NCBI RefSeq assembly: GCF_000143415.4
Contig: NW_003314279.1
Location: forward strand, 682,130 to 746,129
Direction: 5' to 3'
Source: Selaginella moellendorffii
Taxonomy: Eukaryota; Plantae; Lycopodiophyta
DNA length: 64,000 nt
Shown here one piece after another: positions 10,813-21,444 of this stretch; positions within the stretch are counted from its first letter, which is position 1; each line of letters begins with the position of its first letter. The notes below the pieces were generated by a model, which saw nothing but the letters and a program-made list of their open reading frames with translations, made no database searches and was not told where the DNA came from. The position numbers were made by a program, and so were the translations under genes.

Positions 10813-12768
10813 CTACAATCGATTGCGAAGCTCGCGATGGTGCTTCACGAGATTGATCTTGCCATCCAGGAAAACGTCCCGCGAGATGGTGCCGGAGCTA
10901 TGGTACCCACCCACACCGTCGAAGACGATGAGGTACCTCAGCGCAACACTCTTCTCGTGCTCCTTTGGGATGACATAGTAATGGCTGAGGCTCACCGGCG
11001 CGAACACCTCAATCACCCCCACGCACGACGTCCCAGTGCCAAATCTCCCATACCCAGCCCCACTCCCGCCGACGCTGCAGTAGCCCCGGGACATCGCGAG
11101 TGTAGTGGCTGCATAGATTCCCATCCCGGACGCCGCCCCGGTCGACATGTAGCGCGTGTTGCTCATGGATCGCACGCCGTTGCGGAGAATCGAGTACCAG
11201 TTATAAGTCGGGCTGCCGTGAAACGCAAAGAACGAGGCCGTGGAGGAGTCTAGAACCGCCTCCTGCTCGGGCGTGTCGTAGAGCACCACAAATTGGTCCG
11301 AGCACGCAATGGGCAGCCGCTCCTGTTCGCCCAGATGCCGCAAGCTCAGCCGGTCCGTGGCGAGGCAGAAGCGCAGGAGCTTGAGCGGGAGCCTCTCCGG
11401 TTTGCCAGCCGCCGCGCACCGCTGCCACTCCTCCTCCAGCAGCGCCACCACCTCCGCCTCGCTCGAGCACTGCGCCAGGCGCTCCACTGGCGGCACCGTC
11501 CCGAGCGCCTGGGACACCAGCCCGACCATCTTGTTGGCGAAGTTGGGGGACTTGTTCATGGATCCAAACCAGCCGTTGCTCTCCCGTAGCTCCCTCTCCT
11601 TGAGCATGAAGCTCGGGAATGGCTCCAGCACGTCCCGGGTCGTGGACAGCGCCGCGAACTTCATGAACGCCACCTCCAGCTCCACCACCGCCGGGCTCGC
11701 GCGCACGGCTTCCAGGACGTTGGATCCCAGCCCGGTCTCCTGGCACGTAAACTGGCACAGATCGTTGCTGCACGGCTGGACCTTGAACGTCGAGGCCGGG
11801 AGGAGCCTGTAGCAGAACGGGCAGCTCTCCCACAGCATATCCAGCTGCAGCGCCATGAAGGAGACGAGGCCGAGCACCGGGTTCTCGCGCGCCGCCGCCT
11901 CCTGGAGCTGGCAGCTCATGATATAGTTGCTCCACTCGCCTCGGCTGCCCAGGCAGTAGAAGTCACAGAACACTCTCACCAGGTCGGGGAGCATCGTCGA
12001 CAGCGCGTACGAGGCCTTCTCCGCCTTGGGCTCGCCGCCCTGCGTCACCTCTACGCTCCGGGGGTAGAAGCTCTTCTTGAGAGCCAGCCGCGCGTTACCC
12101 CACACCGACTCAAACTTGAGGAGGATCTCCAGCGGCTTCTCCGTGACGAGGCCGTAGGCGTGGGCGATCCTGGCGTTGAGAAGACCGATCCGGAGCGCCA
12201 CCTTGACGCCAATCTCCACCGCCACCCTGCAGTGCTTGAGCGCCGGGTCCGCCTCGCAGGCGCTCGCCGCTGCCACCGCCAGGCCGTATAGAGAGCTCGG
12301 GGACCGGGAGAAGAACTCCGAGTTCTCGTCCACGAAGTCCTCGTCCTCGAAGATCCCAACCCTGTCCTCGTCGTCCTCGTCGTCCTCGTCGCCGCCACCA
12401 TCGTCGTCCGCCACCTTTTGCCTCTTCCTCCTCGCGTCCAAACCCATGATCGTGGCCAGCAGCATGTCTAGAACCGTGTGGAGCTTGGCCGGTGCCAAAT
12501 CCTGGAGCTTCGAGTTGAGATCTCCCAAGAGGTCCTCGAGCTCGTCGGCCACCTCCACCCCGATCACCAGCGCCGCCGGCATCATCACCACCATTTGCAT
12601 ACTCCCAATCTCCACGGCCACCGAGTACTCGCTGCCATGGTTCTCGGCTATTCTTACGTTGCAGTGGATCGCGTCCAGCTCCTGCTGGTTCCGTGACGTC
12701 CAATCGCTCAGCCACTCTTGAGCCATCCAAAAACCTTTAAACCCTAGAAGTTCAGCAAATTTGACCAT
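10813..12768 (-). CDS. Intronless PARP6/8/16-type mono-ADP-ribosyltransferase (start 12768 or 12726)
   Basis: 651-aa ORF with a Cys cluster 'CPFC...QPCSNDLCQF..ETGLG' and catalytic-domain motifs 'FAFHGS...NWYSILRNG', 'GAASGMGIYAA...SRGY' and 'YYVIP...VALRYLIVF'. Confidence 0.85.
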   Translation of the reverse strand: MVKFAELLGFKGFWMAQEWLSDWTSRNQQELDAIHCNVRIAENHGSEYSVAVEIGSMQMVVMMPAALVIGVEVADELEDLLGDLNSKLQDLAPAKLHTVLDMLLATIMGLDARRKRQKVADDDGGGDEDDEDDEDRVGIFEDEDFVDENSEFFSRSPSSLYGLAVAAASACEADPALKHCRVAVEIGVKVALRIGLLNARIAHAYGLVTEKPLEILLKFESVWGNARLALKKSFYPRSVEVTQGGEPKAEKASYALSTMLPDLVRVFCDFYCLGSRGEWSNYIMSCQLQEAAARENPVLGLVSFMALQLDMLWESCPFCYRLLPASTFKVQPCSNDLCQFTCQETGLGSNVLEAVRASPAVVELEVAFMKFAALSTTRDVLEPFPSFMLKERELRESNGWFGSMNKSPNFANKMVGLVSQALGTVPPVERLAQCSSEAEVVALLEEEWQRCAAAGKPERLPLKLLRFCLATDRLSLRHLGEQERLPIACSDQFVVLYDTPEQEAVLDSSTASFFAFHGSPTYNWYSILRNGVRSMSNTRYMSTGAASGMGIYAATTLAMSRGYCSVGGSGAGYGRFGTGTSCVGVIEVFAPVSLSHYYVIPKEHEKSVALRYLIVFDGVGGYHSSGTISRDVFLDGKINLVKHHRELRNRL

Positions 12769-12776
12769 TATTCTCG

Positions 12777-13543
12777 TCAGCGCACACTGGATCTCATGCT
12801 AAAGTCGATGGTGTTGAAGCAAAATGGATGCCCGATCACTGCGTTCCTGCGCACGATCTCTTCGTGTTGAAGAGAAAAAGCAAAGCAAAGACGCAAGCTT
12901 ACTGGCGAGGGCCGTAGATTTTGATCTGCCGGATGTGAGTGTCTCTTCCGTTTTGATGATTCGAGAGCACGGCCAATTGGACTAGAAAAGCTCTCAGGTA
13001 TTCCCTGAAGAACACAGAATCTCAAATCTAGAAGGAAAAGAATGGCGGAGAGAAAGATTTCTTACTTGGAGTCTGTGGGACACAACGAGACTTTCACCCA
13101 TCCAACTGGCTCCGCGAGCTCCACCATTTTGATCTCCTTGGAAGAGGAAGAGAAAAGAGAGATTTTGTTGACACAGTCGAGACGAAGAACGAAAAGTAAA
13201 CATACCCTCAAGTCATAGAAAGAATTTCCAGTGCGCACCGAGATCTTGTTGGGCGTGTAGCTCTCATCCAGCTTGAAATCCACGTAAATCGCCAGCAGCT
13301 GCAAGCGCACCTTCTTCTGGAACTGGATGTTCACCAAATGCGGCTGCGCGCCATCGGATCTAAGAACCCCAGCGATCAGAGACGGGGAAAATGCGCAAGA
13401 ACACAATACCCCTACTGCCAGTAGGTCTCCAGGCTCGCATCGCGCAGCAGATCGACACCATTCCCGGGCTTGGCGGAGCTCACGCTCCACACAGCCAGCT
13501 TCCCGATCTCCCGCCGCTCGCCTTCGTCCTCGTCCTGCTGCAT
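12777..13543 (-). CDS. APC10: Anaphase-promoting complex subunit 10 (5 exons)
   Basis: '[24 protein letters not shown]|[17 protein letters not shown]...DESYTP' and '[21 protein letters not shown]'. Confidence 0.95.
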
Positions 13544-13604
13544 TAAGCGCCGGATCTTTTTAGGGTTCTTGCGGATCTTTAGGGTTCTTGGAGGAGGAGC
13601 AGCG

Positions 13605-14279
13605 ATGGTGTGCATCCGGCAGGCGACAGTGGACGATCTCCTGGCGATGCAGAGCTGCAATCTCATGTGCCTGCCGGAGAATTACCAGATGAAGTACTAC
13701 TTCTACCACATTCTCTCGTGGCCGCAGCTCCTCTACGTGGCCGAGGACAACAAGAAGATCGTCGGGTACGTCCTGGCCAAGATGGAGGAGGAGAGCTCCG
13801 AGTGCCACGGCCACATCACGTCGCTGGCGGTGCTGCGCACGCACCGCAAGCTAGGGCTGGCCACCAAGCTCATGAGCGCCGCGCAGCGCGCGATGCAGGA
13901 GGTTTTCGGGGCCGACTACGTCTCGCTCCACGTCCGGAAGAGCAACCGCGCGGCATTCCACCTCTACACCGAGACGCTGGGCTACAAGATCAACGACATC
14001 GAGGCCAAGTACTACGCGGATAGCGAGGACGCATACGACATGCGCAACATGTTCCACAAGCCCGGCAAGAGCAAGGCCGCGGCGCTCAAGGACAAGGACT
14101 CCGGCGGGAAGAAGCCATCGCCCACTTCGATCGAGAAGGAGAAGGAGAAGGAGAAGGAGAAGGCGTCCAAAGCGCCCTTGGAGAGGAAGCCACACTCCAA
14201 GGACAAAGACAAGGATCCGGAAGGAGGAGGAGCGTCGACCAACACGAATTCGCGAAGAGGTCTCAAGGCTGTAGATTGA
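13605..14279 (+). CDS. NAA10: N-alpha-acetyltransferase 10 (NatA catalytic subunit) with K/E-rich tail
   Basis: '[40 protein letters not shown]...[21 protein letters not shown]...[11 protein letters not shown]'. Confidence 0.96.
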   Translation: MVCIRQATVDDLLAMQSCNLMCLPENYQMKYYFYHILSWPQLLYVAEDNKKIVGYVLAKMEEESSECHGHITSLAVLRTHRKLGLATKLMSAAQRAMQEVFGADYVSLHVRKSNRAAFHLYTETLGYKINDIEAKYYADSEDAYDMRNMFHKPGKSKAAALKDKDSGGKKPSPTSIEKEKEKEKEKASKAPLERKPHSKDKDKDPEGGGASTNTNSRRGLKAVD

Positions 14280-14476
14280 TAAACGAGGAGCTCGAGAGCT
14301 CAGTGAGCTTGGAGCTCGGAGTACAAGGTATTGCCATTTTTTTTATTTGATCTCTTATTCTCACAGCCGAGCTCGCGCAAAACACAGACAACACTCCAGA
14401 AACTTACTTCTATTCGTCACGCTCCATCGCTGGCCGGGGCTTATTCATCCTCCATCCATCCTCCATCCACCACCTT

Positions 14477-15805
14477 CTATGCCTGGGAGTCACACCTCCT
14501 GGTCGCAGGATTATACATCTTTGGCACCAGGAACTGCCGCTTGCGATAGCCGAAGACGTTGAAGCTGGCTCCGGTGGTCTTGTTCCGCAGCAAGTCGTCC
14601 GGGAGAGCCTTCCTGTCCTTGCAGAAGCCCACGGCCTCGCTCATCACATTCTTCCCCTGGAGCGAGTAGTATCCGTTCAGGAACGGATTCGTGGCCACCG
14701 ACGACAGCATCTCGGCAATGTTGACGATCATGCCATCGATCCCGACGTCCCCGTTTGGCGGAACGAGCCCCTTGACTTGCTGCTGCGGCGGCGGTGGCGG
14801 CTTCTTTCCTTCTTTCTTTGGCGGCGGCAAGGGCTTCGGCTTGGAGCTCCCGAAAGGCCAGCTACAAGTTGCTGGGCATCGCTTCTCGGTGTTGGCGATC
14901 CAAGCGTAAGCAAGGCCTTTCCGGTCGGTGGCGGACTGGGGAACCACGAACGAGTGCTGTCCGCAAAACTGCTTGCACAGGCCTTTCACTTTGACGTCGT
15001 CCGCGAGGAGCAGCAGATAGATTCCCTGGGGATCGGTCGGGAAGTGGCCCAGCAAGCGCAGGATCATCGTCTCAATCTGCGTCAAGTTGAGCTCCTTTCC
15101 CATGGAGTAGGACTTGTCTCGGACCTCCCGTCCCCGCCTGACGAGTCGTCCCACGGTAGCGCCCTTCCGGTTGACGTAGCTTTTGGTTATCTCCCACCAT
15201 CGCGCGACCGTCGGAGCCGCTGGAGGCCTCTCGGACTTGAATGCTGGCTGATGCTCCGATAACGGCGATGGCCTTGGTGGCTTCGGTGGAGACTTCTTCG
15301 GTGGCAGTGGCAGCGGTAGTGATGGAGGTGGCGGAGAAGGCGGAGGTGGAGATGGCGGTGGTGGAGGTGGAGGTGGAGGTGGAGAGGGAGGTGGTGGAGA
15401 AGGTGGCGGCGGCGGCGGTGGTGGCGATTTATTCGACTTTGGAGGATTCTTTAGTGACGGAGGCGGTGGTGGAGGTGGAGAAGGAGGTGGCGGTGATGGC
15501 GGTGGCGATTTGAGTGGCTTTGGCAGCGGCGGCGATAGCTTCTTCTCTTGCGACTGGAAGGACCTGAGGAAGGACCTGATAGTTCTTCTCTGCACCTTTG
15601 TGAAGTTGCCGTAGAACGTCACGTAAATGGAGATGGTGTTGTTCTGGCCGACCAGGATGGATCCATCGTGAAATAAGAGGCCGCTGGGGCCTTTCACTCG
15701 GCCAATCGGCTGAGCCTTGAGCTTGCTGCTATCCCATGGCGAGGCGGCCGCTATCTGGACGACAGCCGGGAGTACGCATGCCAGATACAAGAGCAGCCTC
15801 GTCAT
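14477..15805 (-). CDS. EXORDIUM/Phi-1-like secreted protein with Ser-Pro(n) extensin-like inserts
   Basis: Signal peptide 'MTRLLLYLACVLPAVVQIAAA' and Phi-1 motifs 'PTVARWW', 'FCGQH', 'CP..CSWPF', 'PPNGDVGIDGMIVNIAEML...TNPF.NGYY', 'TGASFN..G..RQFLVP'. Confidence 0.88.
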   Translation of the reverse strand: MTRLLLYLACVLPAVVQIAAASPWDSSKLKAQPIGRVKGPSGLLFHDGSILVGQNNTISIYVTFYGNFTKVQRRTIRSFLRSFQSQEKKLSPPLPKPLKSPPPSPPPPSPPPPPPPSLKNPPKSNKSPPPPPPPPSPPPPSPPPPPPPPPPSPPPPSPPPPSLPLPLPPKKSPPKPPRPSPLSEHQPAFKSERPPAAPTVARWWEITKSYVNRKGATVGRLVRRGREVRDKSYSMGKELNLTQIETMILRLLGHFPTDPQGIYLLLLADDVKVKGLCKQFCGQHSFVVPQSATDRKGLAYAWIANTEKRCPATCSWPFGSSKPKPLPPPKKEGKKPPPPPQQQVKGLVPPNGDVGIDGMIVNIAEMLSSVATNPFLNGYYSLQGKNVMSEAVGFCKDRKALPDDLLRNKTTGASFNVFGYRKRQFLVPKMYNPATRRCDSQA

Positions 15806-15966
15806 CCTTTTGCTGGCATGAGAGCATCCCTCCTTTCTAGTAGTCCACTTAGCATCCTTGTCAGCTTGCCGTTCACAAGCTCGTTGCGGAGTAACTGTCA
15901 AACGGTAGTTACGGCTAGCGGGACCAAGGAAAAAACAGAAAAAAAATTGCAAGCAGCTATAAAAAC

Positions 15967-17241
15967 TCACATTTCAGATGTTGTGAAACAATCTCGGACT
16001 TCTTCCATCCGATGCTCTGCAGTGTGGCGCTGATTGAATCGTCCAACCGGAGCAGCTGAGGTGGGATAACAGTCTCCACACAAATCGTAGCCAACTTTCT
16101 CTGGACAGTCTATACATTTGTATCTTGAACCGATAATTGGCAAGACCTGCGAGCGACTGTCAGTCCATGCCAACTTCCGATGTAAAATCTAAGAAGCTTA
16201 CCCCACAGCCATCACAACCTGCACCCCGGTGGACATGGCAAGCTTGTTTGTTGCTACCATCCTTTGATGATGCTGCGGCAATGTCAATGTTAGCGATAGC
16301 GGCATATCAACGAAAAAGAAACGAACATGAGCGTGAGCATGTTGAGCTCGAAGCGCGGGTCGAGGCTTCCGTCGTCTCAACTTCCTTAAGCTTGTCTTCT
16401 CTTTGTTTATACTCCGCGGGAAACGTCTTCTGTATGTACTCGTTTAGCTCCAGGCAAACTTGCACTGGAAAAATCCTTTGTGGCATACCGCAAGACGGGC
16501 ACTTGGGACTTTCACCTTCGACTGGGGCCCTCAGACAGCTTTGACAAAACGCTGTGCCGAGAAAACGAACAAGTTAGAAGCAAAAATAAACAATGACAAG
16601 GATTGATCTCACCGTGTCCGCAATTTAAGACGACTGGACGGTATATCAGCTCCTTGCAGAGCTCGCAAGGCAGGTCGGATGCCTCTATAGCTCCATCAAT
16701 GCTTTTTTCCATCACTTCTTCAGGAGAAAAGTATTCCATCTCGCTCTCCATCTCTTCAAGAACAAAAAAAGAGCTTCAAATGAGAGCATTGATAAGAGAA
16801 ATAAAAGAAAGCGAAAGCGTAAAGCTAGAATGGATTGCCACTCACCTAGTATCTCTTTCCTTCGCTCCTCGTATGCCTCGCGAAATGCAGCTCCCAGCAA
16901 GCGATGGAGGAGCCCGCAAATCCTCGGGAACTGCGTGTACTCGCATCTACACATCGGGCAGCGCGAAGGGCCGGATCCATTCATCGCGTAGTCGACGCAC
17001 CAGAAGCAAAAGAAATGGCCGCACGCTGCAATGGCAACAAGAGATCACAAAGAGAATCCATGGAGAGAACAAACCGACCTTGGACGATAGGTTTGAAACA
17101 AAGCTCCCTGCAAGAAAGAAAGCATGAGAAGAAATCCCCCACCGCGCAATCGAATCGATCTTACAAGCACATCGCGCACTGGAAATGCGGCCAATCCTCC
17201 AGCGCCTTGGGATCGAGTGCCGCGTAAGCGTCCATCTCCAT
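15967..17241 (-). CDS. PRT1: PRT1-like RING-RING-ZZ E3 ubiquitin ligase (3' end ambiguous)
   Basis: RING1 'FQCAMC..KPIV.ACGHFFCFWC..CPMCR', RING2 'CELCKELIYRPVVLNCGH|AFCQSC..CPSC' and ZZ 'HRGAGCDGCG|V.PIIGSRYKCIDC..GYDLC..GRFNQRHT.EH'. Confidence 0.88.
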
Positions 17242-17317
17242 TCACAACCCTGCCCTAGTTTTTTGAGGTTGAGGACACGACTTCTTGGAATATCTGTGTT
17301 ATTCCCATTTCTTCTTC

Positions 17318-17932
17318 CTATTGGAGAAAGTAGCCACTGAGGAAGAGGATAAAGAAGAAGACGAGCGATCCATAGATGAGCAAGCTCTTCTGGCCGGATG
17401 TGAGAGTGTTGGTGCCAAATCCATAGCTCTGGTTCTCGGCGAATCCGGCCACTTCCACGCTGATGCTATTGAAGTAGGACTTGGCGGCGCCGCAAGTGGA
17501 GCATCTCCAATCCTCGGGCAGCTGCGCGAATTCCACTCCCGGCGCGATGGGGTAGGACGGATCGCCCACGGTTTGATCGTAGACGTAGCCGCAGGAGCGG
17601 CATTGGTGCTTGCCCAGATCGCGGACGGCGAATTTCTCCTCTGGAGATTGATTGGAATCGTGCTTGGAACTGGAGGAAGAAGATTATCGATGCTTACCTC
17701 TCCTGCGATCCACATTCTCCAGCGGGAGCGCCAAATCAATCTCGCCATCGTCCTGCTCGCTTGCTACCACATCGTTGTCCACCGCCCATCGCCGGATTGC
17801 TACGAGGCGGGATTTCTGGAGAGGCCGGATGATCGATCGATGCGCACTAACCTGGATGATCGATCGCGATGCTGGATGGTGGGATTTTTGGACCACAGGA
17901 GTGGGAGGATGATCGAGGAGCGTGGCCGCCAT
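17318..17932 (-). CDS. RBD1: Thylakoid rubredoxin (RubA/RBD1 type), 2 exons
   Basis: Transit peptide, CRSCGYVYD...LPEDWRCSTCGA, 'GFAENQSYGFGTNTLTSGQK' and a C-terminal TM 'LIYGSL..FF..FLSGYFLQ'. Confidence 0.92.
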
Positions 17933-18054
17933 AGCTCTCCCAGACCTCAAATCCATGACGTGGCAAATGTGGTGGTCTAGCTAGTGCCACGTGGCAAGAG
18001 GAATTTAGGCCAAGTGGATTAGGGTTTTTTGGGGGTTTTAGGGCTCTTCGGGCG

Positions 18055-18538
18055 ATGATAGAGAGAGATCTCCATCCAGGGCAGATCCTATGGCGGAATA
18101 TAGTGACGAGAAGCAGGGATTCCAAGGCGTTCTTGGTCGGACTGATGGGAGCGTGCATTGTGGTGCCGTGGGCGGTCGCGGAAGGATTCATGTGGGGCGC
18201 CAAGCGCAACCAGGCCAAGCTCAAAGAAGAGCTCCGCCACGCACCCTTCAACATGACAGAGGTGAGAGATTTTAGATCTAGTTTCGATCGATTTCTCGCA
18301 AAGTCTAGCTCCATTCCTTGCCGCATTCCCTCTGTCTTGTCCAGTTTTGATTGAATCCGAGAGGAATTTGTAGGAAGTGACCAACGCGAACAAGGAGAGG
18401 ATCGAGCAGCTGTTTGACGACATCAAATACAAGCGCAATCTAAGCGATCGCTACTTGAAAGGAGAAGCAGCGAAGAATCCTCCACGAACACGAGGAAAGA
18501 CTACCACAGTGCCGGAGCAAGAAGATCCAAAGCTATGA
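18055..18538 (+). CDS. Small single-TM protein of unknown function, 2 exons
   Basis: 'GQILWRNI...AFLVGLMGACIVVPWAV...KLKEELR|..NKERIEQLFDDIK...DRY'. Intron 18262-18373 keeps the frame. Confidence 0.65.
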
Positions 18539-18603
18539 TCTTAGTACAGCTTTTTGTTCTTGATAAAATGAGGGAAAAAGAAAGTTTTCCACTTTGCGTT
18601 TGT

Positions 18604-18676
18604 TGGAGACATGGGGTTTTGATCCCCAGACCTTTCGCATGCTAAGCGAATGCTCTACCAACGGAGCTCTATCCCC
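18604..18676 (-). tRNA. trnA-AGC: tRNA-Ala (AGC), sequence-divergent
   Basis: GGGGATA GA GCTC CGTTGGTA GAGC A TTCGC TT AGC AT GCGAA AGGTC TGGGG ATCAAAA CCCCA TGTCTCC A forms a full cloverleaf with the G3:U70 Ala identity pair and a downstream T-run. Confidence 0.85.
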
Positions 18677-19179
18677 GACTCACGTACACGTGTATGCGAC
18701 CATTTCCCCTCGGCCCTTTTCATCAAATCAATCTCAGCTATGATCTTTAGCCAAAGCCCAGCAACTTCTTCTATAAGTTTTTTATTCTTCACATACAATT
18801 TCAAAACCAGGTCACTTTGTCACACACTATTTGAATTATTGTTATGAATTCCAGCAACTGTGAGATGATATATCACACATTTTTATTTCATGAACACGGT
18901 TGCTTCACAAACTTAGAATTCAGACTATCATTGTCACATGTCACTTGCTACATTGTCGCAATGTCATGCGATAGCCATACGCATCCGCGAGAGAGGACTC
19001 CACCGTGTTGAACAGGACCTCACAGCCGTCGCATGCAAGCGCGATGCTTGGATTTCTTTCCCACAATCTTGTAGAAATAGAAAGAATCACTTGTCTTTAG
19101 TTTCCAAATGATCCATATTTTATGAACATGTAAGAATGACAACAAACAATGGTCGAGAACAAAAAAGACTTCGCATGAT

Positions 19180-21376
19180 TTACTCGAAATCTTGGGGTTG
19201 GCTGCTTGCAAAGACGTTCCACACGGTGGCTCCTGTCACGTAGAAGAAGATTGAAGGGAGAAACAACGAGAGCTGAGGAGGAAAAGAAAAACTTTGAGCC
19301 TCCTTGAGCATCTGGGAAATGCTTGAAAGGCTTCGCTTACCGTCCAGGAATCGGTTTGATCGAAAATATAACCGGTTGCCGCAACTCCTACCACTCCAGG
19401 AATTGCACCAGCAGTATTTGTTATGCCCTGTGAGAAATGCTTTGGTTTAGAAAGGAAAAAAGCAAGGAGATGATTTGGTTCCATACCAAAAGAATGCCGG
19501 CGTACTTCCGTGATATATCTTGGTGTGTACAGTAAAGCCCTGGCAACACTGTTAGCAGTCGCAGAAACAAGGAAAATGACTACCAGATACCTGACAGCGC
19601 GAAACTTGACAATCCAATACCACTGGTTAGAAGCAGTATGACCGACCACGGTGGTAGACTAGGAACCAATGAGACAATACTCATGGAAGCCGATGGAGAG
19701 AGAAAAGCGATGCTTTGGCAGATTTTTCTCACCTAGAAACATAACAGTGCTAGTCAGAGGGAAAGAAAGAGAACGCCAGACTTACCACTGTGGTGCTTAG
19801 TCCAGACGTGATCATGCTATCGGCCCAGACAGCCGCAAAGCTTGTTACTGGAACAGATGCTAGAGGAGGAAGAATTGATATCTGTACTTTCATTAACCAG
19901 ACTTCCATTTTGATAGTAAAAGAAAAAGCTCTTACCAGCGCTGCATTAGTCAGATTCAGGTGTAGCTCATCACTGATATAAAAAGTCAGTACACAATGGT
20001 TTTTCTACAGTTTAACGCACCTTACAAATGTTGGCATCCAGGAAAGAAGTGTAAAATATCCCCAATTTCCACAGAAATGGGCATAAATCATCGCCCAGAC
20101 TGGTGGACTTTTGAAAAAAGCGCTCCAAGGGACCTGTGACAAAACAGAAAAGATGATTACGGCGTCGAACGAAATGTTCCTAACCTTTGACGGTTGTCCA
20201 GTCTCATTGTCAGCAGATGCTTGATCTGTCTCTGCAAAAAATGGTGTTTACATCACTCAGAACGCTGTATACTTGTGTTTACCTGAATCGCATCCTTCCG
20301 GATTGAACAGAAGGCACCTGGTCAAACACACGTCAATAGAAGTTCAAAGGCTTGTTCCATACCAGAAAAGGCCAAGCAAACCAAAGACGTAGAAAACAGA
20401 TTGCCATCCAAAGTTTTCAATGAAAACAGGAGCGAAAAGCAGCCTGGTTTGCAAGATTCCATAAGTTACGCATTAGAGAGGCACACAAGCTCACCCCGCT
20501 ATACTTCCAACGCTGAGGCCACCGAAAATAACAGAGACCGCTCGGGAACGCTCGTTCGCACTAACTGTTCTACATTCACACATGAAAAACAAACAGTTAC
20601 TGATAATGTTACGTAATTGTACCTTGCTACGAGATCGGTAGCGGCTGAAGGAGACACGCCTTCGCCGACACCGACCTGTCAATTCCGGAATCCATCACTC
20701 TTTTTCAGAGAAAGAAAAACTATACTAGAAAGAAAAACATACCATCACCCGGCTTGCCAGAATTAATGGTAGATATCGGGCTGAAAGTGGGACAGCCATA
20801 GTTGCCAACGACCAAAGAAAGACACCACCACGCAACACATATCTAGTACCAAACGAAAGCAGGGAAAATAAAAAAGAAACGGAGAAGATAGAGCCTTACT
20901 TTCCAGAAAATTTACGTGAAAGCCATCCACCAGGCAACTGGCTGAAAGCGTATCCCAGAAACAGCGACGACTGAACTAGTCCAGAAGTTGTTGCCGGCCA
21001 TCCAAACTGCTGCGACATCGGTATGATAGCTACACTCAAGTTCACCTTGAAACAAACAAGTAAATATCGTTAAGTCAGCGATAAAATTAATCAGCGAGAA
21101 ACTGAGAGATACCTTGTCCATGTTGCAAATCACGAACGCGAGAGAAGCCATGAGAATGACCCTGTACTTGGGTTGATTCCAAGAAACACTAGCAGTATCT
21201 GTGGACGAAGGTATTGCAGTAATTTCATCTTCTTTATCCTGTGAGACACAGTGGAACCTCGGCCCTGAGCCGTTCCGGAGTCTGAGATGCTTTGTACTTA
21301 AAGGGCTAGAACGCGGACAGATACTGATCTTGGTCGCGACTCGAGGTAGCCCAAGACACAAAGCCACTGCTGCCAT
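19180..21376 (-). CDS. PHT4/ANTR (SLC17-type) anion/phosphate transporter, plastid-type, multi-exon
   Basis: 'AFVICNMDK|VNLSVAIIPM..FGW...GLVQSS..GYAFSQLPGG', 'VWAMIYAHFCGNWGYF.LLSWMP' and 'GITNTAGAIPGVVGVA.TG'. Confidence 0.9.
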
Positions 21377-21444
21377 TGACGGACCTTTATCTACAAACCA
21401 TAGCTGACCTTCTAAACTCTTTGGTTATACAGACTGGGGGCGTT

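Noticed and set aside
18090-18275. ORF 'MAEYSDEKQGF...'
   Set aside because: The 18055 frame has the TM segment and splices in frame to exon 2, so this one is a shadow.
18945-19055. GC-richer hairpin-prone patch, possible snoRNA
   Set aside because: No clear C/D or H/ACA boxes were identified by eye.
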